Assembly: GCA_035281245.1 (NCBI GenBank) | Contig: DATEEH010000119.1 | Coordinates: 20,385 to 84,384, forward strand | Reading direction: 5' to 3' | Length of the DNA: 64,000 nt | Source of the DNA: Nitrospira sp. | GTDB taxonomy: Bacteria; Nitrospirota; Nitrospiria; Nitrospirales; Nitrospiraceae | Shown here: in pieces, positions 9,951 through 22,120 of the stretch | Position numbering within the stretch: position 1 is the first letter of the stretch | Layout: every line of letters starts with the position of its first letter | Notes under the pieces: model-generated | Database searches by the model: none | Told to the model about the DNA's origin: nothing | What the model saw: only the letters and a program-made list of their open reading frames with translations | Program-made: the position numbers and the translations under genes

Positions 9951-11231
9951 TTAGAGACCTCGGTCGCGTGACCGACGTTGTCCACCGGACGCCCCAAACC
10001 CTGGGGGGAGCTCACCGGTTTTCTTGGCGCCACGCGGCTGCTCGATTCCCACGATGACCTCATCGCCGTCGGCGAGGCCCTCCGAGACAATTTCCGTATA
10101 GGTTCCGTCGGATATGCCGGTCTGCACCTTGAGGGCCACCGGCTCTCCGTTGTCGCTTTGTTTCCAGATCGGACGGCCCGACGGCCCACCGCCGGTCCCC
10201 GAGAGGCGAGTTCCGGCTTCCTCCTTCGCAGAGGTTCCCTCCATGGGACGAGAGGCAGGCAGCTCGGATTTCGGCGGGACAAATCGCAGCGCGGCGTTGG
10301 GTACCTTGAGCACATTATCGCGTTGCGCCACCACAATCGAGACATTGGCCGTCATCCCGGGCTTCAGACGGAGATCCTTGTTATCCACGCCGATGACCAC
10401 GTTATAGGTCACGACGTTTTGAACGGCAATCGGAGCCAGACGCACTTGACGAATGGTCCCCGCAAATGGCACGCCCGGATAGGCGTCGACGGTGAACGTC
10501 GCCTCTCTTCCCTCCGCGATTCCACCGATATCCGATTCGCTGACATAGGTGTCGACCTGCATCTTGGTGAGATCGAGCGCAATGAGAAAGAGGTTCGGCG
10601 TCGCGAAACTGGCTGCGACCGTCTGTCCCACCTCCACATTTCTCGCGACGACGATACCGTTCACCGGCGAACGAATGGTGGTGTATTTGAGATCCAGCTC
10701 GGCGGCATTCAACGTGGCTTCGGCCTGCTTCACCTGAGCCATCGACACGTTGACCTGGGCAGTTGCGCCCTGCGCGTTGGTCACGGCCATATCGACGTCA
10801 TTTTGAGAGACAAATTGCTGCGCGGCGAGAGACTGCGCACGAGCCAATTCACGTTGGCGTTGCGCCTGCTCGTTCTTGGCCCTGGCCATATTGGCCTTGG
10901 CCATCTCCAGATTGCTGGCCGCCTGGTCGCGCCTCGCTCTAAACGGCTCGGGGTCAATGATCGCGACAATGTCCCCGGCTTTCACGATCGAGTTGAAATC
11001 CGCATGCAGGCTTTTGATCATGCCGGAGACCTGAGTTCCGACCTGTACGGACACGACTGGATTGATCGAGCCGGTCGCCGTCACGATGGACACGACCGAG
11101 CCCCGTTCGATCGCAGCGGTACGATACCGAATCGGCGGCTTTCGCTCTCCATTAAAGAAGACGTAGCCGCCGATCGCGAATCCAACGAGCACCACGGCGC
11201 TGATAAGGAGGAAACGGCGCATAGACCTCAT
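9951..11231 (-). CDS. Efflux periplasmic adaptor subunit (HlyD/MacA family)
   Basis: N-terminal membrane anchor, long coiled-coil hairpin (Ala/Gln-rich), beta-barrel and C-terminal domain. First gene of the adaptor-ATPase-permease operon. Confidence 0.9.
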   Translation of the reverse strand: MRSMRRFLLISAVVLVGFAIGGYVFFNGERKPPIRYRTAAIERGSVVSIVTATGSINPVVSVQVGTQVSGMIKSLHADFNSIVKAGDIVAIIDPEPFRARRDQAASNLEMAKANMARAKNEQAQRQRELARAQSLAAQQFVSQNDVDMAVTNAQGATAQVNVSMAQVKQAEATLNAAELDLKYTTIRSPVNGIVVARNVEVGQTVAASFATPNLFLIALDLTKMQVDTYVSESDIGGIAEGREATFTVDAYPGVPFAGTIRQVRLAPIAVQNVVTYNVVIGVDNKDLRLKPGMTANVSIVVAQRDNVLKVPNAALRFVPPKSELPASRPMEGTSAKEEAGTRLSGTGGGPSGRPIWKQSDNGEPVALKVQTGISDGTYTEIVSEGLADGDEVIVGIEQPRGAKKTGELPPGFGASGGQRRSRDRGL

Positions 11232-11453
11232 TACCGCTTCCCCGTTGGAAGCCGGCTCATTCTAGCAAGAAGGGCTTGGTGAATCATCTCCAGCACACAC
11301 CGGACGAAACGCAACAGGCCGCCCGCCGGTCGGCGGACGGCCTGTCATTCGTTTCGCAGGCTGGCAGGATGGTCAAAACGGCCGTTTGTTGTCCCCTCCC
11401 GGACCTCGGCGCGCCGAGACGCGCCTTTGCCGCTCAAGGCAGCACCATCCTAC

Positions 11454-12161
11454 CTAAGGACTGACGCTGATGCGATCCTTGATCATGTCGAACGTTTCTT
11501 TTGGCACGACGTTTTTGGCGACGAGCTCCCCCTTGACCTTGTAGGGGCGATTGCCGACGATTCGGTCGGCCACATCCTTGGACAACCCCAGCACGAGCAC
11601 CATTTCGCTGGACGACGCCCGGTTGACGTTCATGATGCCTCCGGGAGCCGGAGCCATGTCAGGTGGCTTTGAAGCGGAAGGGGCCGGTGGGGCCATGGAT
11701 CCAGCCGGCGGCATGGTTGGCGCCAGCGTTCCACCGGCGGAACGAGATTGATCCTTTAGTTCTTTTTGGTAGCGCGCCACCAGGGATTTCAACGTCTCGT
11801 TGTGGCGCTTCGTGTCTTCATATTCTTGCCGCAACGATCGGTTCTGGGCGGCCAGCTGCTTCACTCGTTCTTCCAGTTCCTTGGTCCGGGTCTCGGCACT
11901 TCCGCGTTCCTTATCGCGTCCGTATTGAATGCGCTCCAATTCATCGCGGGCAGCCTGCGCTTCGTTGCCGAACTTGACATTGAGGTCTTTCAGCGTCTTG
12001 ACTTGTTGCTCGAGTGCGCTCTTCTGCGCCCGCGTGGTGGCCAATTCCGTCTTGGCGGACTCCGTCTCGGCCAGAGCTTCCTGGTACTTCCGGTCCGAGA
12101 CGCAACCCGCCATGGTCATGGTCCCTGCGATGATGATTGCCGCCAGCCACACAGGATTCAT
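11454..12161 (-). CDS. Lipoprotein with long coiled coil and C-terminal ComEA-like helix-hairpin-helix domain
   Basis: Lipobox 'TMAGC'. ~130-aa heptad-rich segment, Pro/Ala linker, and HhH tail 'NVNRASSSEMVLVLGLSKDVADRIVGNRPY'. Confidence 0.7.
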   Translation of the reverse strand: MNPVWLAAIIIAGTMTMAGCVSDRKYQEALAETESAKTELATTRAQKSALEQQVKTLKDLNVKFGNEAQAARDELERIQYGRDKERGSAETRTKELEERVKQLAAQNRSLRQEYEDTKRHNETLKSLVARYQKELKDQSRSAGGTLAPTMPPAGSMAPPAPSASKPPDMAPAPGGIMNVNRASSSEMVLVLGLSKDVADRIVGNRPYKVKGELVAKNVVPKETFDMIKDRISVSP

Positions 12162-12332
12162 GCGAACCTCCCCTTCCCCCAGACGGTGTGCATGGATTAC
12201 CGGAAAGCCGCCCGATTGCCGGACCTTCTGGTCGTCCGGGGACCCTCCGTATCGTCACTGTGTATGCCAAGGCCAATGCTTTGTCAATATAATTAGGAGC
12301 CATCTGTCCTCGATCGCACTTCGGTCATTCCC

Positions 12333-12361
12333 TTGACGGAACGTGGCCACTTTGTGATTAT
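12333..12361 (+). promoter_or_regulatory. Candidate sigma70-type promoter for uppP
   Basis: TTGACG (12333-12338), 17-nt spacer, GATTAT (12356-12361). 50 nt upstream of the uppP ATG. Confidence 0.35.
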
Positions 12362-12411
12362 GCGGAGACCCTCGTGCACCGCCTGCGGTTTTCACTCAAC
12401 AGGGACATCGC

Positions 12412-13290
12412 ATGAATGAATGGGGCCCAGCCCTTGCGGTCATTCTCGGCATTGTGGAAGGGCTGACGGAATTTCTGCCGGTCTCGTCCACCGGACACCT
12501 GATCTTGGCGGGCCATGCGTTCGGTTTCACGGGAGAAGTCGCCGCGAATGCCGAAATCTCCATTCAATTGGGGGCCATCCTTGCCGTCGTGGCCTATGAA
12601 CGAGAAAAATTACGATCGCTGTTCTCGCGCGCGCTCGGCGAACAGGCGGAGCTGCGGCAATCGCTGAGTGATCCGGCAAGCTCGTCGCGCATCGCAGTCA
12701 TCCGCCGCTCCATGATCGTGCATTCCCATCTCTGGTTTCTCATCGGCTTGGGCGCCGCATTTCTCCCGGCCGGCCTGATCGGCTTTGCGACGCATGGCTG
12801 GATCAAAGCGAACCTGTTCAGCCCCCAGACCGTGGCCGTCACGTCCGTGCTGGGTGGAATCATCATCCTTCTCGTCGAATCACGCCGCACGGCGGGAACG
12901 GTGCACCAACTCGAGCAGGTCAGGCTTCGGGATGCCGTCTACATCGGCCTGGCACAATGCGCTTCGCTGATTCCCGGAATGTCTCGTTCGGGATCGACGA
13001 TCATCGGCGGGTTGCTGGTCGGCCTCGATCGAAAAGTGGCGACAGAATACTCATTTTTTCTGGCGCTCCCCACCCTCATCATCGCCACGTGTTATCAAAT
13101 GTGGAAGTCACGCGACGTGTTCCGGTCCGAGGATTTTGTGGCGCTTGGGATCGGCTTACTCGTGTCTTTTCTCGTCGCATGGATCGTCATTGCTGCTTTT
13201 TTGACGTTCGTGAAACGTCACACGTTACGACCCTTTGCCTACTATCGTATCGTCATGGGAGTGATGGTCCTGTACCTGTTCGGCATCTGA
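12412..13290 (+). CDS. uppP: Undecaprenyl-diphosphate phosphatase
   Basis: 'GIVEGLTEFLPVSSTGHLIL' and 'PGMSRSGSTI' BacA/UppP motifs. 8 TM. Confidence 0.92.
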   Translation: MNEWGPALAVILGIVEGLTEFLPVSSTGHLILAGHAFGFTGEVAANAEISIQLGAILAVVAYEREKLRSLFSRALGEQAELRQSLSDPASSSRIAVIRRSMIVHSHLWFLIGLGAAFLPAGLIGFATHGWIKANLFSPQTVAVTSVLGGIIILLVESRRTAGTVHQLEQVRLRDAVYIGLAQCASLIPGMSRSGSTIIGGLLVGLDRKVATEYSFFLALPTLIIATCYQMWKSRDVFRSEDFVALGIGLLVSFLVAWIVIAAFLTFVKRHTLRPFAYYRIVMGVMVLYLFGI

Positions 13291-13361
13291 CGCCTCCGGC
13301 CGCCGGCGACAGCGAGAAGATCTCTCCATAGGCAGACCTAGCTGGTGCGTGGGAAATCTGT

Positions 13362-13889
13362 TCAACACCCTGTGGGTGGAGGAGTATCCGGCGCCGGCAA
13401 AGGCGCCTCTTTCCGTTCGAACGCAAAGTGGATGATCAAGCAAACTACGCCGACGCTGATCGCTGAATCGGCCACATTGAATGCCGGCCAGTGGTAGGAC
13501 TCCACATAGACGTCCAGAAAATCGATGACTTCACCGAATCGCAATCGGTCGATGAGGTTACCGACGGCCCCGCCCAAAATGCCGGCAATGCTGAGTTGCC
13601 CGACCCAATCCTTGTGGGGCAATCGCACGAGGATCGTCCCGAGCAACGCCAATGCAAACAGTGACGTCACACCGAAAAAAACCGTGCGAAACGCGTTGCT
13701 GCTGCCGGCCAGGAGGCCGAATGCCGCCCCCGGATTCCGGATGTACGTAAAGCTGAAGAGATTGGGAATAATCGGGACGGATTCATGCAGTCGCATCGAC
13801 TGCGTAATCCAATATTTCGTCGCTTGATCCAGGATGATGACGGTCAGGGCGATCACTGTCAGCAGGACATACCTAGACCCTCGTGTCAC
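13362..13889 (-). CDS. lspA: Lipoprotein signal peptidase II
   Basis: 'LDQATKYW', 'IRNPGAAFG', 'GNLIDR', 'FNVADS' motifs. GTG start forms a GTGA overlap with the ileS stop. The longer ORF to 13976 overlaps ileS and is rejected. Confidence 0.85.
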   Translation of the reverse strand: MTRGSRYVLLTVIALTVIILDQATKYWITQSMRLHESVPIIPNLFSFTYIRNPGAAFGLLAGSSNAFRTVFFGVTSLFALALLGTILVRLPHKDWVGQLSIAGILGGAVGNLIDRLRFGEVIDFLDVYVESYHWPAFNVADSAISVGVVCLIIHFAFERKEAPLPAPDTPPPTGC

Positions 13890-16705
13890 TGCACAGCCTC
13901 CACGCAGCGGTCGCAGAGCGTCGGATGAGTCGCGTTGGTGCCGACCGCCTTCCGATAATTCCAGCAGCGCTCGCATTTATTCGCCGTCGCTTTCGTGACG
14001 GTCACAAGAAGCTCCCGCTGATCACCGGGCGGGAGAACGGCCGCGAGTCTGACTCCTGACACAATAAAGAGCGCGGCCAAGTCGGACTCGTAAGGTTTGA
14101 GAAACTCATAGGTGTCCTGATTGGCCTGTAGCTCGACATCGGCTTCGAGCGATGATCCGATCACCTTGTTGCGACGTTGCTCCTCCAGAGCGGCTTGCAC
14201 GGAGACCCGAATGTTCAGAAGCCGCTCCCATCGCTTCGCCAACCCCTCATCCTGCCACTGTGGCTCCGGCGCTGGAAACGCGGCCAGATGCACGCTCTGT
14301 GGCTCCAGAGCCTTGGCACGTTGACCGGAAAGAGACCGCCAAATCTCTTCCGCTGTAAAACTCAAGATCGGCGCCATCAGCTTCGTCATGGCAAGAATGA
14401 TTTCGTAGAGCACGGTTTGCGACCCACGTCGTGCCGGCGAGTCGGCCCGGAAGGTGTAGAGTCGATCTTTGAGAATGTCGAGATACACCGCGCTCATATC
14501 GACGGAGCAGAAATTATTCAGCGCATGATAGATCGCATGAAATTCAAACTCCTCATAAGCCCGCCGTACTCTGCTTTTCAATCCTTCCAACCGTCCCAGC
14601 GCCCAGCGGTCGAGCTCGGGCAGCCGATCAACGGGCACACGGTCCCGCCCAGGATCAAAATCATACAGATTGCTCAACAGAAATCGACAGGTGTTGCGAA
14701 TTTTGCGATATGCTTCGATGAGATGATTGAGAATCTCCGATGAGATACGCACGTCGTCCCGATAGTCTTGCGCGGACACCCAGAGGCGAAGAATCTCTGC
14801 CCCGGATTGCTTGATGACGTCCTGCGGTGCGACGACGTTGCCGGCCGATTTGGACATCTTTTTGCCCTGCCCATCCAGCACGAAACCATGGGTCAACACC
14901 GCCTCGTATGGCGCCCGGCGATCGGTGACAACGCCGGCCAATAAAGCGCTGTGGAACCAGCCACGATGCTGATCCGATCCTTCAAGGTACAAATCGGCCG
15001 GCCACCATCGACAGGGCTTCAACACTGCCGCATAACTGACCCCGGATTCGAACCACACGTCGAGGATGTCCCGCTCCTTCTCAAAGTCGGTACCACCACA
15101 GTGAACACAGAGCGTACCCGCCGGCAATAACGCCGCCGGGGTTCGCTTGAACCAGGCATCGGCGCCTTCCTGCTCCATGATCGCGGCAATGTGCTCGATG
15201 ACCACGGGATGCGCGAGCACGCGGCGACAATTGGTGCACATGAAGGCTGGAATCGGTACGCCCCATACCCGTTGTCGCGACAGACACCAGTCGGGACGAT
15301 TGGCAATCATCCCGTTGATCCGGTCCTTGCCCCAGGGCGGGATCCATCTGACCCGATCGATCTCCCCGAGAGCCTCTCGCCGCAAGTCGTTGATGTCCAT
15401 CGAGACGAACCACTGTTCGGTCGCCCGAAAGATCACGGCGCTCTTACAACGCCAGCAGTGGGGATAGGAATGGGCGAGGGAGCCGTGCGCCAAGAGTCTG
15501 CCGTTCGTCCGGAGCCTGTCGACAATCGCCGGGTTGGCTTTAAAGACATGCTGACCGGCGAATTCGGGAACCGCCTCCGTAAAGCGTCCGGCATCATCGA
15601 CCGGCGCCAGGATCTCGAGCCGTTCTCCCGGCGACGCCTTCGCGTTGTGCTCCAAGACGAGCAGGTAGTCCTCCATGCCGTGACCGGGGGCGATATGCAC
15701 ACATCCAGTGCCTTGCTCCAGCGTCACGAAGTCGCCCAGCAGCACCGGTGACAAGCCGGTCGTGAGGGGACGCTGGGTTTCCAACCCTTCGAATCCCTCG
15801 CTGCCTTTTTTCACGGCCGCGACGCGGTACTCTTCGACCTTGCATGACTTCGCAACGGCATCCAGGAGCTTCTCGGCGATGATCAAGACTTCCGAGCCGA
15901 TGTGGACAAAGGCGTACTCGATGTCCGGATGCAGACAGACGGCCTGGTTGGCCGGCAAGGTCCACGGCGTCGTCGTCCAGATCACGACTGAGACCGATTT
16001 CACGTCCGCGGCCAATGTGACGGAAGGGAATTTTGCCGCGATCGCAGCCGCTCCGCCGGCGACGGGGAACCTGACGTAAATGGAGGGCGAGACATGGTCT
16101 TCGTACTCGACCTCCGCTTCCGCCAATGCCGTTTGATCCTGGGTACACCAGAGAACCGGCTTCAATCCTTTGTAGACGCCCCCGCGTTCGACGAACTTAC
16201 CGAACTCGCGCACGATCGTCGCCTCATAGGCGCGATGCATCGTCAAATACGGGTTCTGCCAGTCGCCCAGCACGCCCAATCGTTGAAATTCTTCGCGCTG
16301 GATGTTGTGAAACTTTTGGGCATACTCGCGACACAGCGTGCGGATGGCCATCTCATCGAGGGAATGCTTTTTCGCACCCAAGTCCTTCAACACCTGATGC
16401 TCGATCGGCAGCCCATGGCAGTCCCACCCCGGAACATAGGGCGCGTGAAATCCCGCCATGGTCTTCGACTTGACAACGATATCCTTCAGAATCTTATTGA
16501 GGGCGTGGCCGATATGAATGCGCCCGTTGGCATAGGGTGGACCGTCGTGCAGCAGGTAGCGGCGACGGCCCTTGCCCGCCTCTTGAATGCGGGCATACAG
16601 GCCGAGCTCTTCCCACCAGGAGAGCAGCTCCGGTTCCCGTTGCGGGAGGTTGGCCTTCATCGGGAAGTCGGTTTTTGGCAGATTGAGCGTCGACTTATAA
16701 TCCAT
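13886..16705 (-). CDS. ileS: Isoleucine--tRNA ligase
   Basis: 'HIGHALN' and 'KMSKS' class-I motifs. C-terminal CxxC...CxxC zinc site. 939 aa. Confidence 0.97.
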   Translation of the reverse strand: MDYKSTLNLPKTDFPMKANLPQREPELLSWWEELGLYARIQEAGKGRRRYLLHDGPPYANGRIHIGHALNKILKDIVVKSKTMAGFHAPYVPGWDCHGLPIEHQVLKDLGAKKHSLDEMAIRTLCREYAQKFHNIQREEFQRLGVLGDWQNPYLTMHRAYEATIVREFGKFVERGGVYKGLKPVLWCTQDQTALAEAEVEYEDHVSPSIYVRFPVAGGAAAIAAKFPSVTLAADVKSVSVVIWTTTPWTLPANQAVCLHPDIEYAFVHIGSEVLIIAEKLLDAVAKSCKVEEYRVAAVKKGSEGFEGLETQRPLTTGLSPVLLGDFVTLEQGTGCVHIAPGHGMEDYLLVLEHNAKASPGERLEILAPVDDAGRFTEAVPEFAGQHVFKANPAIVDRLRTNGRLLAHGSLAHSYPHCWRCKSAVIFRATEQWFVSMDINDLRREALGEIDRVRWIPPWGKDRINGMIANRPDWCLSRQRVWGVPIPAFMCTNCRRVLAHPVVIEHIAAIMEQEGADAWFKRTPAALLPAGTLCVHCGGTDFEKERDILDVWFESGVSYAAVLKPCRWWPADLYLEGSDQHRGWFHSALLAGVVTDRRAPYEAVLTHGFVLDGQGKKMSKSAGNVVAPQDVIKQSGAEILRLWVSAQDYRDDVRISSEILNHLIEAYRKIRNTCRFLLSNLYDFDPGRDRVPVDRLPELDRWALGRLEGLKSRVRRAYEEFEFHAIYHALNNFCSVDMSAVYLDILKDRLYTFRADSPARRGSQTVLYEIILAMTKLMAPILSFTAEEIWRSLSGQRAKALEPQSVHLAAFPAPEPQWQDEGLAKRWERLLNIRVSVQAALEEQRRNKVIGSSLEADVELQANQDTYEFLKPYESDLAALFIVSGVRLAAVLPPGDQRELLVTVTKATANKCERCWNYRKAVGTNATHPTLCDRCVEAVQ

Positions 16706-16869
16706 GATTGCACAGCAATAGGAGCTGTCAGCCTTCAGCAGTCAGTGCGTATCGGAAAGATAAGAGGAGGCTTCGGGCGCAGCTGGACAGAAATATACCG
16801 GAATGGAGGCGGGAGGCACCAGTCCTTTTCGATGGAGGAGGACGGCTGAGGGCTGACTGCTGCCGGCTA

Positions 16870-17973
16870 CTAGCTTACCGACATCATCCGGTCCAGTGCC
16901 ACCCTGGCCCAATGCTTGTCGTCATCAGGCACGACGATGTGATTTACCACGTGGCCGTCGGCGAGGTTCTCCATCGCCCAGCACAAATGGGGGGCGTCAA
17001 TCCGGAACATCGTAGCGCACTGGCACACGGTCGAGGAGAGAAAGAACACCTTTTTGTCCGTCAAATCGCGCTTCAGACGATTGACGAGATTCAGCTCCGT
17101 CCCGACGGCCCATACCGTCCCCGCAGGCGCTGCTGTGACGGTCCTGATGATGAATTCGGTAGACCCGGACAGATCCGCCTTGTTGACGACATCCTCATGA
17201 CATTCCGGATGCACGATGACCTTGCCCTCCGGATACTGCTTGCGGAACTGGTCCACGTGCACGGGCTGAAACATCTGATGCACGCTGCAATGACCCTTCC
17301 ACAGAATCAATTTTGCGCGGAGGATGGCGTCACTCGTATTCCCGCCGTTCGGCTGGAACGGATCCCAGACGATCATCTCTTCTCGCGGCAGACCCATCTT
17401 GTTCGCAGTATTGCGTCCCAGGTGTTCGTCGGGAAAGAACAGAATTTTTTCACGCCGCGCCCAACACCATTCGATCACGGCTTTCGCATTGGACGACGTG
17501 CAGGTGATGCCTCCGTGCTCGCCGCAGAAGGCCTTCAGCACGGCCGCGGAGTTCACATAGACCGCCGGCATCACGGTCTCCTCGACGGGGAGGATACGTC
17601 CCAGTGTCTCCCAACACTGATCCACTTGCTCAATCGCCGCCATATCGGCCATCGAACAGCCGGCCGCCATGTCGGGGAGAATAACGGTTTGCTGACTCCG
17701 GCTCAGGATATCGGCGGTTTCCGCCATGAAATGCACACCGCAGAACACGACATAGGGGCGTTCCGAGCGTTCGGCCGCCAATTTGGAGAGCAGGAGCGAA
17801 TCACCCCGGAAATCCGCATGTTCGATGACTTCGTCGCGCTGATAATTGTGTCCCAACACCATCACCCGATCGCCCAACGTTCGCTTCGCATTCACGATAC
17901 GATCGTGGAGCTCCTCGCCCGTCAGCGACTGATAGTCCGTAATGGGTTTGGGAAGTGTAGGGACGGCGTTCAC
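16870..17973 (-). CDS. nadA: Quinolinate synthase
   Basis: 'VLGHNYQ', 'FCGVHFMAETA', 'CSMADM', and conserved Cys residues for the 4Fe-4S cluster. Confidence 0.93.
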   Translation of the reverse strand: MNAVPTLPKPITDYQSLTGEELHDRIVNAKRTLGDRVMVLGHNYQRDEVIEHADFRGDSLLLSKLAAERSERPYVVFCGVHFMAETADILSRSQQTVILPDMAAGCSMADMAAIEQVDQCWETLGRILPVEETVMPAVYVNSAAVLKAFCGEHGGITCTSSNAKAVIEWCWARREKILFFPDEHLGRNTANKMGLPREEMIVWDPFQPNGGNTSDAILRAKLILWKGHCSVHQMFQPVHVDQFRKQYPEGKVIVHPECHEDVVNKADLSGSTEFIIRTVTAAPAGTVWAVGTELNLVNRLKRDLTDKKVFFLSSTVCQCATMFRIDAPHLCWAMENLADGHVVNHIVVPDDDKHWARVALDRMMSVS

Positions 17974-18107
17974 GGTGGTCCTCGGGGTAACTCTGTAACT
18001 TCATTGTACGACACGCATCCTCGGCCAATCAATGAAACGGCGGCCGCGCAGAAGACCTCGTGCGAGAGGACCCTTCGGTGCCATCCGAAGCTAGGCCTAT
18101 TAACCCG

Positions 18108-18137
18108 TTGACTTCATAAGAAAGCAGGCGATACCAT
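18108..18137 (+). promoter_or_regulatory. Candidate promoter of the thiamine operon leader
   Basis: TTGACT (18108-18113), 18-nt spacer, TACCAT (18132-18137). Sits just upstream of the riboswitch aptamer. Confidence 0.3.
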
Positions 18138-18144
18138 CGGACTC

Positions 18145-20213
<2,069 letters not shown>

Positions 20214-20273
20214 CCAGGAATCGGCTGGATGCCTCATGAGGCGTGTTCCGGCATCCGCGAAGGAGTGATTGCG

Positions 20274-21074
20274 ATGGGAAAACCAAAACCTGCGCCGCTG
20301 CGCGAGCGCGATATCACGAGGCAGATCGCGCGCGAATACTACAAAGAATTTGATCAGCTGATCGAAAGCGATGTGATTATCGTTGGCGCCGGTCCGTCCG
20401 GTCTCATTTGCGGTCGTGATTTGGCGGACATGGGCTTCCGGACGGTGATCGTCGAGCAAAGCCTCGCGCTGGGTGGCGGGTTCTGGCACGGCGGCTATCT
20501 GATGAACAAGGCCACAATCTGTGCGCCGGCACACAAAATATTGGAGGAAATCGGCGTCCCTTGTAAGAGAGTGAAAGACTGTGAAGGCATGTATATTGTC
20601 GATCCGCCGCATGCCACGGGCGCGCTCATCGCCGCCGCGTACTCTGCGGGCACGAAGGTCCTCAATCTGACGCGGGTTGTCGATCTCATTCTTCGCCGTG
20701 AGGGCGTCCTCGAAGGTGTCGTGGTCAACAATACGACCGCCGAGATGGCCGGCCACGACATTATCCATATCGACCCGATCGCTCTCGAAAGCAAAATCGT
20801 CGTCGATGCGACGGGGCATGACGCCGTCATCGTGAACTTGTTGCATCGGCGAAACCTGTATACGGAGGTCCCGGGCAACGGCGCCATGTGGGTGTCACGT
20901 TCTGAGGAAGACGTCATGGACCACACCGGCGAAGTGTATCCCAACTGTTTTGTGATCGGCCTCGCCGTGGCCGCCGTGCATGGAACGCCGCGCATGGGGC
21001 CGGCCTTCGGATCCATGCTGTTGTCCGGCCGCTATGGAGCGGATCTGATCAAGAAAAAGCTCAAGAACGAGTAG
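20274..21074 (+). CDS. thi4: Thi4-family thiazole synthase (non-Cys, His-type)
   Basis: FAD/NAD fold 'DVIIVGAGPSGL', 'VVDATGHDA', 'RMGPAFGSMLLSG'. AAGGAG RBS before ATG 20274. Confidence 0.88.
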   Translation: MGKPKPAPLRERDITRQIAREYYKEFDQLIESDVIIVGAGPSGLICGRDLADMGFRTVIVEQSLALGGGFWHGGYLMNKATICAPAHKILEEIGVPCKRVKDCEGMYIVDPPHATGALIAAAYSAGTKVLNLTRVVDLILRREGVLEGVVVNNTTAEMAGHDIIHIDPIALESKIVVDATGHDAVIVNLLHRRNLYTEVPGNGAMWVSRSEEDVMDHTGEVYPNCFVIGLAVAAVHGTPRMGPAFGSMLLSGRYGADLIKKKLKNE

Positions 21075-21081
21075 TATCCAT

Positions 21082-21597
21082 ATGGACGTCAAAGATTTTC
21101 TAGTGCAGGGAGAGGGCCGCGAAGAAGACAAGCGCGAGGCGTGGGAACTCTTCCAGAAGGCCTATCAACAACAGATGAAAGGCGAATTGGAGGAGGCCGT
21201 CTCCCTCTATCGACAATCGCTCGCCGCACATCCGACTGCCGAGGCGCATACCTTTCTGGGCTGGACGTATAGTTTCATGGGCAGGCTCAACGATGCGATC
21301 GAAGAATGCCATCGGGCGATTGCCCGGGACCCGGAATTCGGCAATCCGTACAACGATATTGGCGCGTACTTGATCGAGAAGGGCGAACTCGACGAAGCGA
21401 TTCCCTGGTTTCAAAGGGCCATGCATGCCAAACGATACGAAAGCCCGGCGTTTCCCCATCTGAATCTCGGACGAGTGCATGAAAAAAAGGGCAATTGGAC
21501 CGAAGCCATTGCGTCCTATAAGCAGGCGTTGGCGTTGAACCCGGATTATGTGCTGGCGAAACGGTCTCTTGGGCGACTGGTGAGCATGCTGAACTGA
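21082..21597 (+). CDS. Tetratricopeptide-repeat protein
   Basis: Four or more TPR units (e.g. 'AEAHTFLGWTYSFMGRLNDAIEECHRAIARDP', 'GNWTEAIASYKQALALNP'). Confidence 0.8.
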   Translation: MDVKDFLVQGEGREEDKREAWELFQKAYQQQMKGELEEAVSLYRQSLAAHPTAEAHTFLGWTYSFMGRLNDAIEECHRAIARDPEFGNPYNDIGAYLIEKGELDEAIPWFQRAMHAKRYESPAFPHLNLGRVHEKKGNWTEAIASYKQALALNPDYVLAKRSLGRLVSMLN

Positions 21598-21608
21598 ATT
21601 GGTCTATT

Positions 21609-21642
21609 TGGTCTGTCTCGTTGATCTGGTCAATCTCGTTGA
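21609..21642 (+). repeat. Tandem 16-mer direct repeat (18-bp register) just upstream of the pseudo-receiver gene
   Basis: TGGTCTGTCTCGTTGA (21609-21624) and TGGTCAATCTCGTTGA (21627-21642). An extra TGGTCT at 21600-21605. Confidence 0.6.
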
Positions 21643-21646
21643 AACC

Positions 21647-22087
21647 ATGACGGCACATTCATCCCAGACAGACAAGGTAGAAAAGACAGATCAGAAGACC
21701 GTGCTGGTCGCCGTGACGGACATTTTTTTCTATACGAAAGTCAGGGATGCCCTCCTCCCGAACGGCTACACCCTCGAACGGGCCAGATCACAGGACGACA
21801 TCGCACTGAAAACCTCGACCCTCCACCCTGCGGCCGTTATTCTCAATATGAACGACGAAACGCTGAACGCGTTCAAAGCCCTGGAAACGCTTCGGGCCAA
21901 TCCACGGTTGCGTGGGCTTCCGATCCTGGCCTTTGCGAATCATGAGGAGGTCGACACCTGGAACCGAGCCAAATCCATGGGCGTCACGAAGATCGTGTCG
22001 AGAAATGAGTTTTCAACGCGGACCAGAGACTTGATCGAACACATCATGACTATCCGCGATCAGTCGGCCGCAGACAGCCCCAACTGA
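21647..22087 (+). CDS. Stand-alone receiver-like (pseudo-receiver) domain protein
   Basis: CheY-like layout 'VLVAVTD...AAVILNMND...LPILAFAN...', but Asn sits at the expected phospho-Asp position. No output domain. Confidence 0.6.
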   Translation: MTAHSSQTDKVEKTDQKTVLVAVTDIFFYTKVRDALLPNGYTLERARSQDDIALKTSTLHPAAVILNMNDETLNAFKALETLRANPRLRGLPILAFANHEEVDTWNRAKSMGVTKIVSRNEFSTRTRDLIEHIMTIRDQSAADSPN

Positions 22088-22120
22088 AAGCTACAGCTGA
22101 TCGCTTATTCGCGAGCCCTT

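Noticed and set aside
9978-11282. 434-aa ORF on the + strand
   Set aside because: It is exactly antisense to the well-supported HlyD/MacA adaptor gene. The translation is Arg/His/Gly-rich and low-complexity with no motif, which is a typical shadow ORF in GC-rich DNA.
13890-13976. N-terminal extension of lspA; similarly 40768-40890 for apbE and 60232-60306 for mreC
   Set aside because: The extensions overlap the preceding well-supported genes, and internal starts give canonical N-termini (TM or lipobox).
16724-16862. Long-range inverted repeat (GTCAGCCTTCAGCAGTCAG versus CTGAGGGCTGACTGCTG) in the nadA-ileS spacer as a riboregulator
   Set aside because: The arms pair in two alternative registers because of internal GTCAG/CAGC redundancy. 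The loop is ~100 nt and I recognise no known leader motif (for example a T-box). The evidence is insufficient.
16708-18111. 467-aa ORF on the + strand
   Set aside because: It is antisense to nadA and runs through the nadA/thiC control region. The composition is Arg/His/Pro-rich with no motifs.
21599-21646. CRISPR-like or minisatellite array
   Set aside because: There are only two or three short (16-18 bp) degenerate units, no spacers of regular length and no cas genes.
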